From contig CAVYCN010000015.1 of assembly GCA_963767005.1 (NCBI GenBank), positions 1 through 38,897 on the forward strand: DNA of 38,897 bases. Reading direction: 5' to 3'. Below the pieces are notes generated by a model. The model saw only the letters and a list, made by a program, of their open reading frames with translations, had not been told where the DNA came from and ran no database searches. Position 1 is the first letter of the stretch. The number at the start of each line of letters is the position of its first letter. This DNA is from an uncultured Actinomycetes bacterium. GTDB taxonomy: Bacteria; Actinomycetota; Thermoleophilia; UBA2241. Of this stretch, positions 26,036 to 35,768 are shown piece by piece. Both the position numbers and the translations under genes were made by a program.

Positions 26036-26884
26036 CTATCCCAGCACGCGCCTCCGGAAGCCGTCGATGCCGACCCACCACAGGGCAACGGTGAAGGCCG
26101 ACATGCCGGCGTAGATCGCCCAGACCGGCATGTGTCGTGCGTCGCTCGTGAGCGACAGGCGGAAGCCCTCGCACATGTACACCAGCGGGTTGACGAGCAC
26201 GGCGACCTGCAGCCAGCGGATCGGGGCGAGCGACTGCCAGGGGTAGTAGACCGCGCCGAGGAACGTGATCGGCAGCACGACGATCGCAAAGAGCAGCGGC
26301 ACCTGCTGCGGCTTGACCCTCGTGCCCATGGTCAGGCCCAGTCCGGCCGCCAGCAGCGCGGCGATAGGCGCGATCGTGAGCAGATAGAGCCAGTGCACGT
26401 GCAGGTGGACCGGGGTCGCCGGTATGACGGCGGCCAGCGGGAACACGACGAGGCCGGCGATGATCGCCTGGATGGCGCCGGCCACGATCTTCTCGACGGC
26501 CACGCCCCAGACCGGCATGGGCGCCATCACGCGGTCCTCGATCTCGCGCGTGTAGCCGAACTCCTGCACGAGCGGCAGGGCGACCGCCTGCACCCCCTGA
26601 AAGATCATCGAGGTCGCGACCACGCCGGCCATGAGCAGGGTCGAGAAGGCCGACTCGGAGCGCGCCGAACCGCCGACTCCCTGGCCGATCTTGGGGAACA
26701 CGTAGGTGAAGACGAAGACGAGCAGCAGCGGCTGCATGATGGTGCGCACCGCAAAGACGACGATCGTCTTCTCGAGCACGCGCAGGTCGCGCAGCAGCAG
26801 GGCCCCGAAGGCGGTCAGAGCGGCGCCGCGCGACGAGCGAAAGCCCATCGCGCCGCGCGTGCGCTCGTCGGCGATCACGCTCAT
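26036..26884 (-). CDS. ABC-2 type exporter permease
   Basis: QPLLLVFVFTYVFP, EFGYTREIEDRVMAP, FLGAVYYPW and NPLVYMCEGFR. Confidence 0.93.
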   Translation of the reverse strand: MSVIADERTRGAMGFRSSRGAALTAFGALLLRDLRVLEKTIVVFAVRTIMQPLLLVFVFTYVFPKIGQGVGGSARSESAFSTLLMAGVVATSMIFQGVQAVALPLVQEFGYTREIEDRVMAPMPVWGVAVEKIVAGAIQAIIAGLVVFPLAAVIPATPVHLHVHWLYLLTIAPIAALLAAGLGLTMGTRVKPQQVPLLFAIVVLPITFLGAVYYPWQSLAPIRWLQVAVLVNPLVYMCEGFRLSLTSDARHMPVWAIYAGMSAFTVALWWVGIDGFRRRVLG

Positions 26885-26945
26885 GGCAGCCGCTCCTGTC
26901 CAGCCGTGGGCTGCTCGCCCACTCTCACCAGCCGCGCCTCGCCGC

Positions 26946-27967
26946 TCATTCGCGCAGCTCCTTGCCGGTCAGCGTGATGAAGACGGTCTCGAGCGTGGGC
27001 TCGCTCACCGACAGGTCGGTGATCGGAAAGCCGCCAGACTCGGCCTGCGCCACGATGCGCGGCACGACGCCGTCGGCGCCCTTCAGGAACACGGTGACGA
27101 CGCCGTCGCCCGACTCGGCCCGGGTGCCATCGCCGAGGCCCTCGCGCAGGGCGTCGGCCAGGCCCCGGACGTCGCCGGCCGTCGCGACGCGCACGATCGT
27201 GTCGGCGCCGACCGACGCCTTCAGGCCGCGCGGCGTGTCGAGCGCCAGGATATGGCCGTGGTCCATGATCGCGACGCGGTCGCAGAGCTGGTCGGCCTCT
27301 TCCATGTAGTGCGTGGTGAGCAGCACCGTGAGGCCCCGCTCGTGCAGGTCGCCGACGATCTCCCAGAGGGCGAGGCGGCTCTGCGGGTCGAGGCCGGCAG
27401 TGGGCTCGTCCAAGAAGAGGATGTTGGGATGGTGGGCGATGCCGCGCGCCACCATCAGGCGCTGCGCCATGCCGCCCGAGAGCGCATACACGTCGGCTTT
27501 CGCGCGGTCGGCGAGGCGGAACTGGTCGAGCAGCTCGTCGGCGCGCGCCCGGGCGCGCGCCTTGTCGAAGCCGAAGTAGCGGCAGTGGTAGTAGAGGTTC
27601 TCCCACACCGTGAGGCTGCGGTCGAGGGTGTTGGTCTGGGCGACCACGCCGATCGCCTGCTTGGCGAGGGCCGGCTCGGCGACCACGTCGACGCCGCCCA
27701 CGCAGGCCTGCCCGGCGGTCGGACCACCCTCGTCGAGAGCATGCCCACGGTCGTCGTCTTGCCGGCGCCGTTGGGCCCGAGCAGGCCGAAGATCTCGCCG
27801 GCGCCGACCCGCAGCTCGAGCGCCTCGACGGCGCGGATGCCGCCCGGATAGGTCTTCGACAGACCCGCGGTGAGAATGACGTTGTCGAGGTCGCAGACCA
27901 GGCTGCCCGAGGCGGCCGCTGCCGCGGGGCGCTCAGCCTCGCCGATCGTCGGTTGCTGTGCCGCCAC
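26946..27967 (-). CDS. ABC-2 type (DrrA-like) ATP-binding protein, one frameshift near 27720
   Basis: Walker [12 protein letters not shown] lies in ORF 27455..28123. [30 protein letters not shown] and EPTLETVF lie in ORF 26946..27701. Confidence 0.9.
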
Positions 27968-28064
27968 ATGCCTCCCTTGCAGAGCTTCCCCCGTTGTCCC
28001 CCGGTGGCGCGGCGACAAACCGGAGGGACAGACGCGGTCGCGAGCGGGCAGGTGGCGCCGGCCG

Positions 28065-28610
28065 CTAGAGCACCTCTCCCAAAGTCGTCGGCTGCCCCGG
28101 CGGCCAGGGGCCGCCCTGGGCATAGGCGTCCGGCAGGGAGCTTGTGGCGTGCTGCACCGAGGCGTCGTGGCAAGCCGCCGCCGGGCTCACCGGATAGTAC
28201 AGCTCCTGGTCGGACCGGCGCGCCCCCACCATCACCACGACGCAGGGCGCCGTACCGGCGCCGACCAGCACATGAGCGGTGCCCCGCGGCGTGAACAGAA
28301 AGTCGCCCGCGCGCAGCCGCCGCTCCTGCTCCTCGACGATCGCCAGGCACTCGCCGCGCAGCACGAGGAAGGCCTCTTGACAGCTCTCGCGGTGGTACAG
28401 GCAGGCCGGCCTGCCGGGCGCCAGCACGCGCACGTTGATGCCGAACTCGGGAAAGCGCGCCGCTCCTTCGAAACGGCAGCCGTCGCCGAACCGCTCGCTG
28501 TGCATGGCGGACGCCTCGGCGACGTTCACGACGAACCAGCCCTCGCCCGAGGGCGCGAGCCCGCCGTTTTCGTCCCGTTGCAAAGGGGCCTCGGGGCAGC
28601 CTTCGTTCAT
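28065..28610 (-). CDS. Cupin-domain protein
   Basis: [32 protein letters not shown]...[16 protein letters not shown]. Confidence 0.88.
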   Translation of the reverse strand: MNEGCPEAPLQRDENGGLAPSGEGWFVVNVAEASAMHSERFGDGCRFEGAARFPEFGINVRVLAPGRPACLYHRESCQEAFLVLRGECLAIVEEQERRLRAGDFLFTPRGTAHVLVGAGTAPCVVVMVGARRSDQELYYPVSPAAACHDASVQHATSSLPDAYAQGGPWPPGQPTTLGEVL

Positions 28611-28672
28611 CGCGACCTCCATGCCGCAGGGAGCGAGCCGGGACGACCGGCTAGGGCAGTACGCGTTCCCGG

Positions 28673-29290
28673 CTACGAGCTTGCCAGCAGCCGGCGGATC
28701 GACCCTTGGGGTCGTCGAGCAGCGGCGCGCCGTGGTCGAGGCAGAGCACCGTGAACGGCAGCTCGAGCAGGCCCTCGACGCTGCGCCGGGTGGCCGCCGG
28801 GTCCTCGTGGTAATCGAAGGGGATGAAGCGCAGCTCGGCGCCCGCGCCGTAGTGCGAGATGAGATCGGAGCAGAGCAGCACGCCGGGGTCGGCGGCGCGC
28901 AGGAACGAGTAGTGCGGCCACTCCGGCCCCGGCGTGCGCACGGCGGTCAGGCCGCCGGGCAGCGTGTCGCCCTCGGCTAGCGCCGGTCCGGTTCTTCGTC
29001 GGCTTCGGACGCGTCGGCCGGCAGCCAGACCTGCGCCCCGAGCTCGCGGCGATAGCGCCAGGCCCCCCGATGGTGGCAGCGCGCGGTGAGCACGACGGCG
29101 GCCGGCCGCGGCAGCGCGGCGAGCGCGTCGTCGGCCAGGCGCACCGGGTCGATGAACACGCAGGTGTCGCCGTCGACCACGGCGTGCAGCTCGATGTCGA
29201 GCCGCCGATGTTGCTGTTGCTGATGTGCCAGTGCCAGACGCCGTCGGTGACCTGCTCGGCGCCCTCGGCGATCTCGCGTGGTTCGGTCAT
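28673..29290 (-). CDS. Degenerate metallo-beta-lactamase-fold protein, frameshifted (about 29190 and 28980)
   Basis: Joined frames give MTEPREI..GVWHW / VFIDPV..VVLTARCHHRGA..ELGAQVWLP / EGDTLPGGL..LLCSDLI..LCLDHGAP. AGGAGG RBS. Confidence 0.72.
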   Translation of the reverse strand: MTEPREIAEGAEQVTDGVWHWHISNSNIGGSTSSCTPWSTATPACSSTRCAWPTTRSPRCRGRPPSCSPRAATIGGPGAIAASSGRRSGCRPTRPKPTKNRTGASRGRHAARRPDRRAHAGAGVAALLVPARRRPRRAALLRSHLALRRGRRAALHPLRLPRGPGGHPAQRRGPARAAVHGALPRPRRAAARRPQGSIRRLLASS

Positions 29291-29333
29291 CTCGTCCTCC
29301 TTGCCGCCGGCCGGCGATCGGCCCTGATCAGCG

Positions 29334-30106
29334 TTACCGCACGGCGGCGTGGTCGAGATCGGCCGTCAGCGTGGCGACGTCGATGCCCTGCGGGTCGTGC
29401 CGTAGCCAAGCCGGCGACAGCATCGCGTAGAACTCGTCGCAATAGGCCGTGTGGCACTCCCAGGAAGCGGTGACCTTCGTCCCCAAGTGACCACCGTGAG
29501 CCCGGCGGCATCGTATCCCGTATAGAATACGCAGTGGCCGTTGTGCGGATCGGGTGCGTGGCTGTGGCTCCCGTCGGGCCCGACCGTCCAGGGCGGCAGC
29601 CCGGCTCGCGGGGCAGGAGGCGTCGGGCAGCTCGACACCCACGTAGAGGCAGCCGAAGAGGTCGATGGCCAGCTCGGCGTGCTCGATCGAGCGCGGGTCG
29701 ACCTCGACGAACGCCTTGATCGTCTGGCGATCGATGCCGCGCCGGCGCCAGTACTTGAGCGCGTCGAGGAGCACCGTGCCGCGGTCGGTCGGATCGCCGC
29801 CGGGGCCGCCGGCGTCGGGATCGTAGCCGGTGAGGTCGGAGTAGGCGTGCAGGACCATGGCGGTGGTGATGGCGAGCTGCTCGTGCTCGGCGTTGGCCGC
29901 CCAGACCATGTCGGCGGGGCCTGGCCGGCCAGGGCGCAGTCGCCCACGCGGTCGTTGCCGAACATGCCCCAGTCGCGCACGGCCGCCCCGTAGTCGACCG
30001 CCGGCGGCGGCGTGGGCGCCGCCCGCGTGAGGTAGGCGGACAGCCTGAGGTTGCGCTCGTCGTCGCAGCTGGGGAGCTCGCCGAGCCTGTAGAGCGAGTC
30101 GGTCAT
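29334..30106 (-). CDS. Papain-fold (C1-like) cysteine peptidase homolog, multiply frameshifted
   Basis: YRLG..DERNLRL..PPPAVDY..WGMFGNDRVGDC (Cys), D.GTVLLDALKYW, LFGCLYVGVELP, NGHCVFYTGYD (His), VVTWG and YCDEFYA. AAGGA RBS. Confidence 0.65.
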
Positions 30107-31658
30107 GACACCGTCCTTTCGCCGGTCGTGTCGCTCGCGATGTCCGTCGCCCCGTCGCCCGTCGTCGACAGCCCGAGGCCGGCCTCGACGCGAGCAGTGA
30201 CTTGCGCTGCTCGACAGGGCGACCTGGCGCTGGAGCGCTCGAGCTCGGCGTATGACCCCTCGGTGGCGAGCAGCCCGCCTGGGCGATCTCCTGGCGCTTG
30301 AGCTGGAGCTGCCGGGTGAGCAGCGAGAAGCGCTCGTCGAGCTCGGCGCCGCGCAGCGCCGTGACCCGGCCCACGCCCGGCGGGCGCGGTCGAACCCGAG
30401 GACGGCGGCGTTGGGAAGCGCCGCCGCCGTCTCGGCCAGCCCGGCGATCTCCAGCCGGCCCCGACCCGCAGCGACTGCAGGGCGCTGCCGGCCGAGAACC
30501 CGAGGCGCACCGAGCGCTTGCCGAAGAGCGCCTTGGCGAGGCGCACGGTCGTGTACGGGCAGCGCGCGTCCATGACGAGCGCCGAGGTCGACGAGCGCGC
30601 TACGAGCTCGCCGGCGGCGAGCTCGTAGCAGGCCAGCCCCACGCGCCGCGGCAGGCGCACGACCACCTGGTTCTCGGCCGGTGCCGGCGCTCGCCGGCGC
30701 CGGCCGCGGCCGCGGCAGAAGCGGTAGTCTGGTCGGCGACGGTGACCACGACGCCGAGCGCGTCGAAGGCCTCCTGCACCGCGGCGAGCGCGGCGCGGCT
30801 CTCGGCGTCGCCGGCGCCGGCCGAGCGCAGCTTGCCGGCCTCGAGCTCGGGCAGCGTCCGCGCGGCGACCAGGGTGTCGAGATCGAGCAGGAACTCGTGG
30901 TGCTCGATCCGGGTCGTCACGGTGCCGGCGCGCCAGGCGCGGAAGTGCTCGTCGAGGGCGGCGGCCTGGGCGCGCGCGGCCGCCAGGCTCGTCTCGATGG
31001 CGCGCCGCGGCGGCGGCCGCGGCGCGCCTTGCCGTCGTCGGCGGCGGCGACCCCGCGCCAGGCGCGGGCCAGGCTGCGCGTGAGCTCGGGCACGACGCGG
31101 CGCAGTCGTCGAGCGCGCCGGCTTCGTCGGGATGGGCGCCGCGGTAGGCGCTCGCCACGGCCGCCGTCGCGACCGCTACGGCCTCGTCGGCCACGCGGAC
31201 GAAGGCCGCGGTCGCGCCGGCGCCCGCTGCCGGCAGTTCGGCGCCGCCCTTCGCGGCGTCGGCTTGCGGCGCGGCGCGCGCGGTCATGCGGTCAGCCGTG
31301 GCCGTCGAGGCGCCGGCGCACGAGAGCGCCATCGCCGGGCCGGCGAGCAGCACGCCGCCAGCGAGGCGCCGGCGGTGAGCAGGCCGGTGGCGGCCGCGCC
31401 GGCGCGGCCGACGCTCTCGACCGAGCTCGTGACGAGGCGACCGTCGTCGGTCCACTCGAAGGCGATGCTCGCGTCGGCCAGCAGGCCCTCGGCCACGCGG
31501 AGCGTCGACGGCTCACGCGCGGCGACCACCTCGAGCGTGACGGTGGCCTCGGCCGACGCGTCGTCGCGACCGAGCACGGCGTCGTGGGTGAGGGTGCGAG
31601 CGCCGGCTAAGCGCACGCAGGACACAGGCTGGTGGAAGGGCAGCTCCAGGTCGCTCAT
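30103..31658 (-). CDS. Hypothetical protein (about 500 aa) with an internal two-fold repeat, multiply frameshifted
   Basis: AGGAGG RBS then ATG at 31658 (MSDLELPFHQPVS). High-GC3 coding segments continue across several frame changes. Stop overlaps the protease ATG (ATGA). Confidence 0.65.
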
Positions 31659-31818
31659 GCGGCCTCCTGTCCGTGGTGGGCCGGTGGCGCGACTGCTGCC
31701 GGTCACGCCGTCGCCGGCCGCGGGCACGGCACCGCTCGGCCGCCCCCGCCGGCCACCGTACTCTATCGTATGAGCAGTCGTGCAGGCATGCGCGCGTCGA
31801 GATCATCCGCACGCGTCG

Positions 31819-31869
31819 ATAACCTTGACAAGCGTGAGACTATATTCAAGGTTATTGTTTAACCTTAAT
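31819..31869. promoter_or_regulatory. AT-rich promoter/operator with three AACCTT half-sites upstream of fic
   Basis: ATAACCTTGA (31819-28) and TCAAGGTTAT (31846-55) form a perfect 10-bp inverted repeat containing TTGACA. A third copy TAACCTTAA is at 31860. Confidence 0.65.
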
Positions 31870-31880
31870 TAGGGAGTCTC

Positions 31881-33155
31881 GTGGCCAGGGTTGTGACGCG
31901 TCACTGGGTGAGCGATGCGAGTTCGGGCCTATACCTCGCAGGGATCGCCGCTCTTGCGAGTACGGATCCTACATTCCCGACCCGCTGACCGATCGCCCCA
32001 TCGTGCTGGAGGGCCCTGTTGCGGCCGACGTAAGCGACGCCGAGGCAGCTCTGATCCGCCTTAATCTCGCCGCCGGGGCGCTCTCCATCGCGAAGCGCTC
32101 GCCCGTTTGCTCCTGCGCACCGAGTCGGTGGCCTCGTCACGCATCGAAGGACTCGAGGTCGGCGCCCGCCGCTGTCCATGCCGACGCCGAGCGGGTGCTG
32201 GGCGAACGACTGCGCGACGTGACAGCCGCCGAAGTGCTCGGCAACATCGACGCCATGACCTACGCGGTCGAGAGCCTCGCCGAGGGTGAGTCGCTGTCCG
32301 TCGACGTGCTCCTCGAGATCCACCGTGGCCTGCTTGTCGGCACACGTCTCGAGCCCCACGGTGGACGGCTACGCCGGGAGCAGAACTGGATCGGCGGGTC
32401 GACCTTCAACCCGTGCTCAGCCGAGTTCGTTCCGCCCCCCTGGGAGCACGTTCCCGCGCTCGTTGCGGACTTGTGTCGGTTCAGCAGCGATGACTCGCTG
32501 CCGGCCGTCGCCCAGGCGGCGATCGCACATGCACAGTTCGAGACGATCCACCCCTTCGCCGACGGCAACGGCCGCGTGGGGCGCGCGCTGTCGTCCATCT
32601 CATCCTGCGTAGGCGTGGCGTGGCCACACGAGTCCTGCCGCCGGTGTCCCTGATCCTCGCGACCTGGGCAAAGGAGTACGTCGCGGCACTCACCGGTACA
32701 CGCTATCTGGGGTCCGGGAACTCACGGTCGGCCAGCGAAGGCCTGAACCGGTGGGTCGGTCTGTTCGCCGCGGCGACCAGGACCGATCGGTGGCCGACGC
32801 CGATGCGTTCGAGGCACGGATCGAGAAGCTGCAGGCCGATTGGCGATATCGCCTCGGCCGTGTCCGCGCCGACTCCACAGTCGATCTTCTCCTGCGACGC
32901 CTGCCCGGCGCCCGGGTCCTCACCGTCGCCGGTGCAGCCGGACTGATCGGTCGCAGCAGTCAGGCGGCCAACGGAGCCATCACTCGCCTCGTCGACGCAG
33001 CGATCCTCTCTCAGACGACCGTCGGCAGACGGAACCGGGCGTTTGAAGCCCCAGAAGTCATTCGGGCCTTCACCGACCTGGAGCGCCAGCTCGCGAGCCC
33101 CACGGGAGACACGCGAACGGCACCGCCTGTGCGCCGGGTCCCACGTCGGAGCTGA
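31881..33155 (+). CDS. Fic-family protein with probable C-terminal HTH, multiply frameshifted
   Basis: GGGAG RBS then GTG at 31881 (MARVVTRHW...YIPDPL). LLRTESVASSRIEG, QNWIGG, AHAQFETIHPFADGNGRVGR (intact Fic motif), and C-terminal LVDAAIL...RRNRAFEA. Confidence 0.88.
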
Positions 33156-33204
33156 GACGACCGGTCCACGGAGGAGGCTGCGCTCGTCCGGCCCAGCGGC
33201 TGCG

Positions 33205-33808
33205 TCGGGAGCGGGGGCCCATTCTTCGAGGTAGGCCAGGGCGGCGTCGAACTGGTCGAGGTAGGTAGATAGGTCGTCGGTCCAGGACTGCTCGGCTGCG
33301 GGCGACGTGAACCACACGGCGATGCCGGCGCCGAGCACGGCGCCGGTGACGGCGCGCACCTGGAGGTCGTCGGGCGGGCGTCCGACCCGCACGGCGAGCT
33401 CGGCGGCCATGCCGCGCATGGTGGTCGCGAAGCTGTCGAGCATGCGAGCGCGCAGGTCGGGGACCGTCATGATGAGCTCGTTGCGCTCGCGCTCGATCTC
33501 GAGCTCGTGCGGCGTGAGCTGTCCGAGCACGGACCGCATCGCGACGCGCAGCGCCTGGACCGGCGAGAGCTCGGGCGGCTGCTCGGCGAAGGCCGCGAAG
33601 AAGCGCGGGTCGAGCGCGTCGTGCAGCACGATGTCTTCTTTGGTCGGGAAGTAGCGAAAGAACGTGCTCGGCGAGACCTCGGCGGCCTCGGCGATCTGCT
33701 CGATCGTCGTGACTCGTAGCCCTGCTCGCGGAACAGCCGCAGGGCGGCGTCCTGGATCGCCTCGTGGGTCTTGGCCTTCTTGCGCTCGCGCAGCCCCGCC
33801 ACGCTCAC
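33205..33808 (-). CDS. TetR-family transcriptional regulator, frameshifted near 33715; stop codon not resolved
   Basis: GLRERKKAKTHEAIQDAALRLFREQGYE / TTIEQIAEAAEVSPSTFFRYFPTKED...AALAYLE. Confidence 0.88.
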
Positions 33809-33945
33809 CTCCGGCCCGGCGCTACAACGCGCCGGCTCGCTTCTGCGTTCACGCCGACGAGGCGCACGGTCACCCTGGGCCGGTCCCCGGACGTGCGGAC
33901 CGGTCGCGGACCCGCCGGCGCGCGGCGTGACCCCGCGCGCCTGCC

Positions 33946-34131
33946 TCAGGCGCTGGGCGCCATGTCGCCGGGCACCGGCGCGGCTGCTGCCGCGCCGTCG
34001 CCGCCGGATGACTCGCCGACCCGGACGAGGTCGATGCTGCCGCACTCGGGGCACATCTCCTCGCCGATCCGGGGAGTCATTCCGTGGAACCTGCGACCGC
34101 ACTCGTTGCAGACGAACTCGTAGTCGGCCAC
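33946..34131 (-). CDS. FmdB-family zinc-ribbon protein
   Basis: GAGGAG RBS then GTG. YEFVCNECGRRF...CPECGS. Confidence 0.82.
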   Translation of the reverse strand: MADYEFVCNECGRRFHGMTPRIGEEMCPECGSIDLVRVGESSGGDGAAAAAPVPGDMAPSA

Positions 34132-34205
34132 GACCAACTCCTCGTCGACGCCTCATATTCTAGGCTGCCCAGACGCGGAGTCCAGAGAACAGGTTCTGCG
34201 ACCGC

Positions 34206-34230
34206 GAACCTTCGGCAGGCCGGCGACGTC
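34206..34230 (+). promoter_or_regulatory. Possible ECF-sigma promoter of the serpin gene
   Basis: GAACC-N16-CGTC(T), 80 nt upstream of the ATG. An 11-bp hairpin follows at 34260-34293. Confidence 0.35.
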
Positions 34231-34310
34231 TCTTTGCCGAACGCAACCAGCGACGGTCCGCGGACCCGCGCCGGGTAACGCCCGCGGGTCCGCACGGCAA
34301 GGGAGGCCAC

Positions 34311-35614
34311 ATGCGCCGCATCATCGTCATCGTCGTCGCGCTGGCCGCGATCGGGGCGGCGGCGGCCGTCGCGGTCGCCCTCACGCGACACACCGCGCCG
34401 GCCGTCGCCGCCGCCCCCTGCGACCCACCGGCGGCCACGCCGCCGACGTCGCCAGCGCGAGCCTGCTGGCCGGTCCACTCGACCGCTTCGGCATCGGCCT
34501 GCTCGGCCCGCGAGGCGAGCGCCCAGAGCAGCGGCAACGTCGTCGTCTCGCCGCTGTCGGTCGACGCGGCGCTATCGCTCGTGCTGAACGGCGCCAAGGG
34601 ACGCACCGCCGACGAGATGCGGCGCACCCTCGGCCTCGAGGGCATGGGCACCAGCGAGCGGGCCGACCAACCTGGGGCGAACCTGCTGGCCGAGGTCCAG
34701 ACGGGCGTCAAGCCGTCGGTGCAGGTCGCCGACTCGCCCCCGCTCTGGCTGCGTGACGGCGTCGCCTTCGCGCCGGCCTTCCTGGCGGCCGCCCGGCAGA
34801 GCTTCGCGGCCGCCACCGAGCCGCTGCCAAACGATCCGAACGCCGCCGCCGGCGCGATCAACGACTGGGTCAGCCAGCGGACCGCGGGGCTGATCAAGGA
34901 CATCGTCGAGCCCGGCGACTTCAGCGGCGCCGCGCCGGTCATCCTCACGGTCGTCAACGCCCTGCACGCCAAGGCCGCCTGGACGACGCCGTTCCAGGCC
35001 GGCGGGACCCGAAGACGCGGCCCTTCACCCTGGCCGACGGCACGACCGTGCAGGTGCCGACCATGAGCGGCGAGCTCTCGGCGCCGGTGGCGCAGGCCTC
35101 GACCTACGACGCCGTCGCCCTGGCCACGAAGGGCTCGCTCACCGCCTGGGTGATCGTGCCGCGCGCCGGCCAGACGCCGGCGTCGCTGCTGCAGGGCCTC
35201 GCGGCCAGCGGCCTGGCGCCCATCTACGACGGCGCCAGGCGCCAGGCCGTCATTCTCGACCTGCCCAAGCTGCACACGAGCTTCGGGACGACCGATCTCA
35301 CCCCGGCGCTCAAGGCGATGGGCATGGTCGCCGCCTTCTCGGCGGCCGACGCCGACCTCACCGGCATCGTCACGCCGGCCGGGCTGGCCCAGGTCGGCCG
35401 GCCCTCGATCGCCTGGGTCATGCACAAGGCCGTCCTCACCATGAACGAGAACGGCGTCGAGGCGGCGGCCGCGACGGCCGTCGGCGTCGTCGGCTCGGCC
35501 GCTCCGGTGGCCGAAGCGACGATCAACGCCGACCACCCGTTCCTGCTGGCGCTCACCGACACGCGCACCCGCGCGCCGCTGTTCCTGGCGATGATCCGCG
35601 ACCCACGCGCGTAG
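34311..35614 (+). CDS. Secreted serpin (serine protease inhibitor), frameshifted near 35015 with compensating indels near 34450-34505
   Basis: N-terminal signal/anchor, NVVVSPLS, INDWVSQRTAGLI, VNALH.K..W..PF, LPK, HKAVL..NENGVEAAAAT and ADHPFL..LFL. Confidence 0.92.
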
Positions 35615-35678
35615 GCGCGCCGGCGGCGCCGGCGGAGTCTGACGAACCGGCGAAAGCGCACGTCGCAGCCAAACGCGG

Positions 35679-35716
35679 GCGGGGCGGGGGGAGCCGTACG
35701 GCTCCCCCCACCCCGT
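35679..35716. terminator. Bidirectional terminator-like hairpin between convergent genes
   Basis: GGGGGGAGCCG-TA-CGGCTCCCCCC with extended flanking pairing. Confidence 0.65.
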
Positions 35717-35768
35717 CGCCTTGCTCGCGGACCCGCCGGCAGGCGCCGGGTCCGACCTTACGATGGGG

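Noticed and set aside
28977-28979. In-frame TAG in the MBL-fold gene as possible pyrrolysine or readthrough
   Set aside because: Coding continues in a different frame (TA[C]-GCC-GAG-GGC-GAC). A single-base deletion explains it.
32703-33205. TetR ORF extending about 450 nt antisense into fic as an overlapping gene
   Set aside because: TetR-like sequence ends near AALAYLE. The extension is best explained by a lost stop in an indel-rich block.
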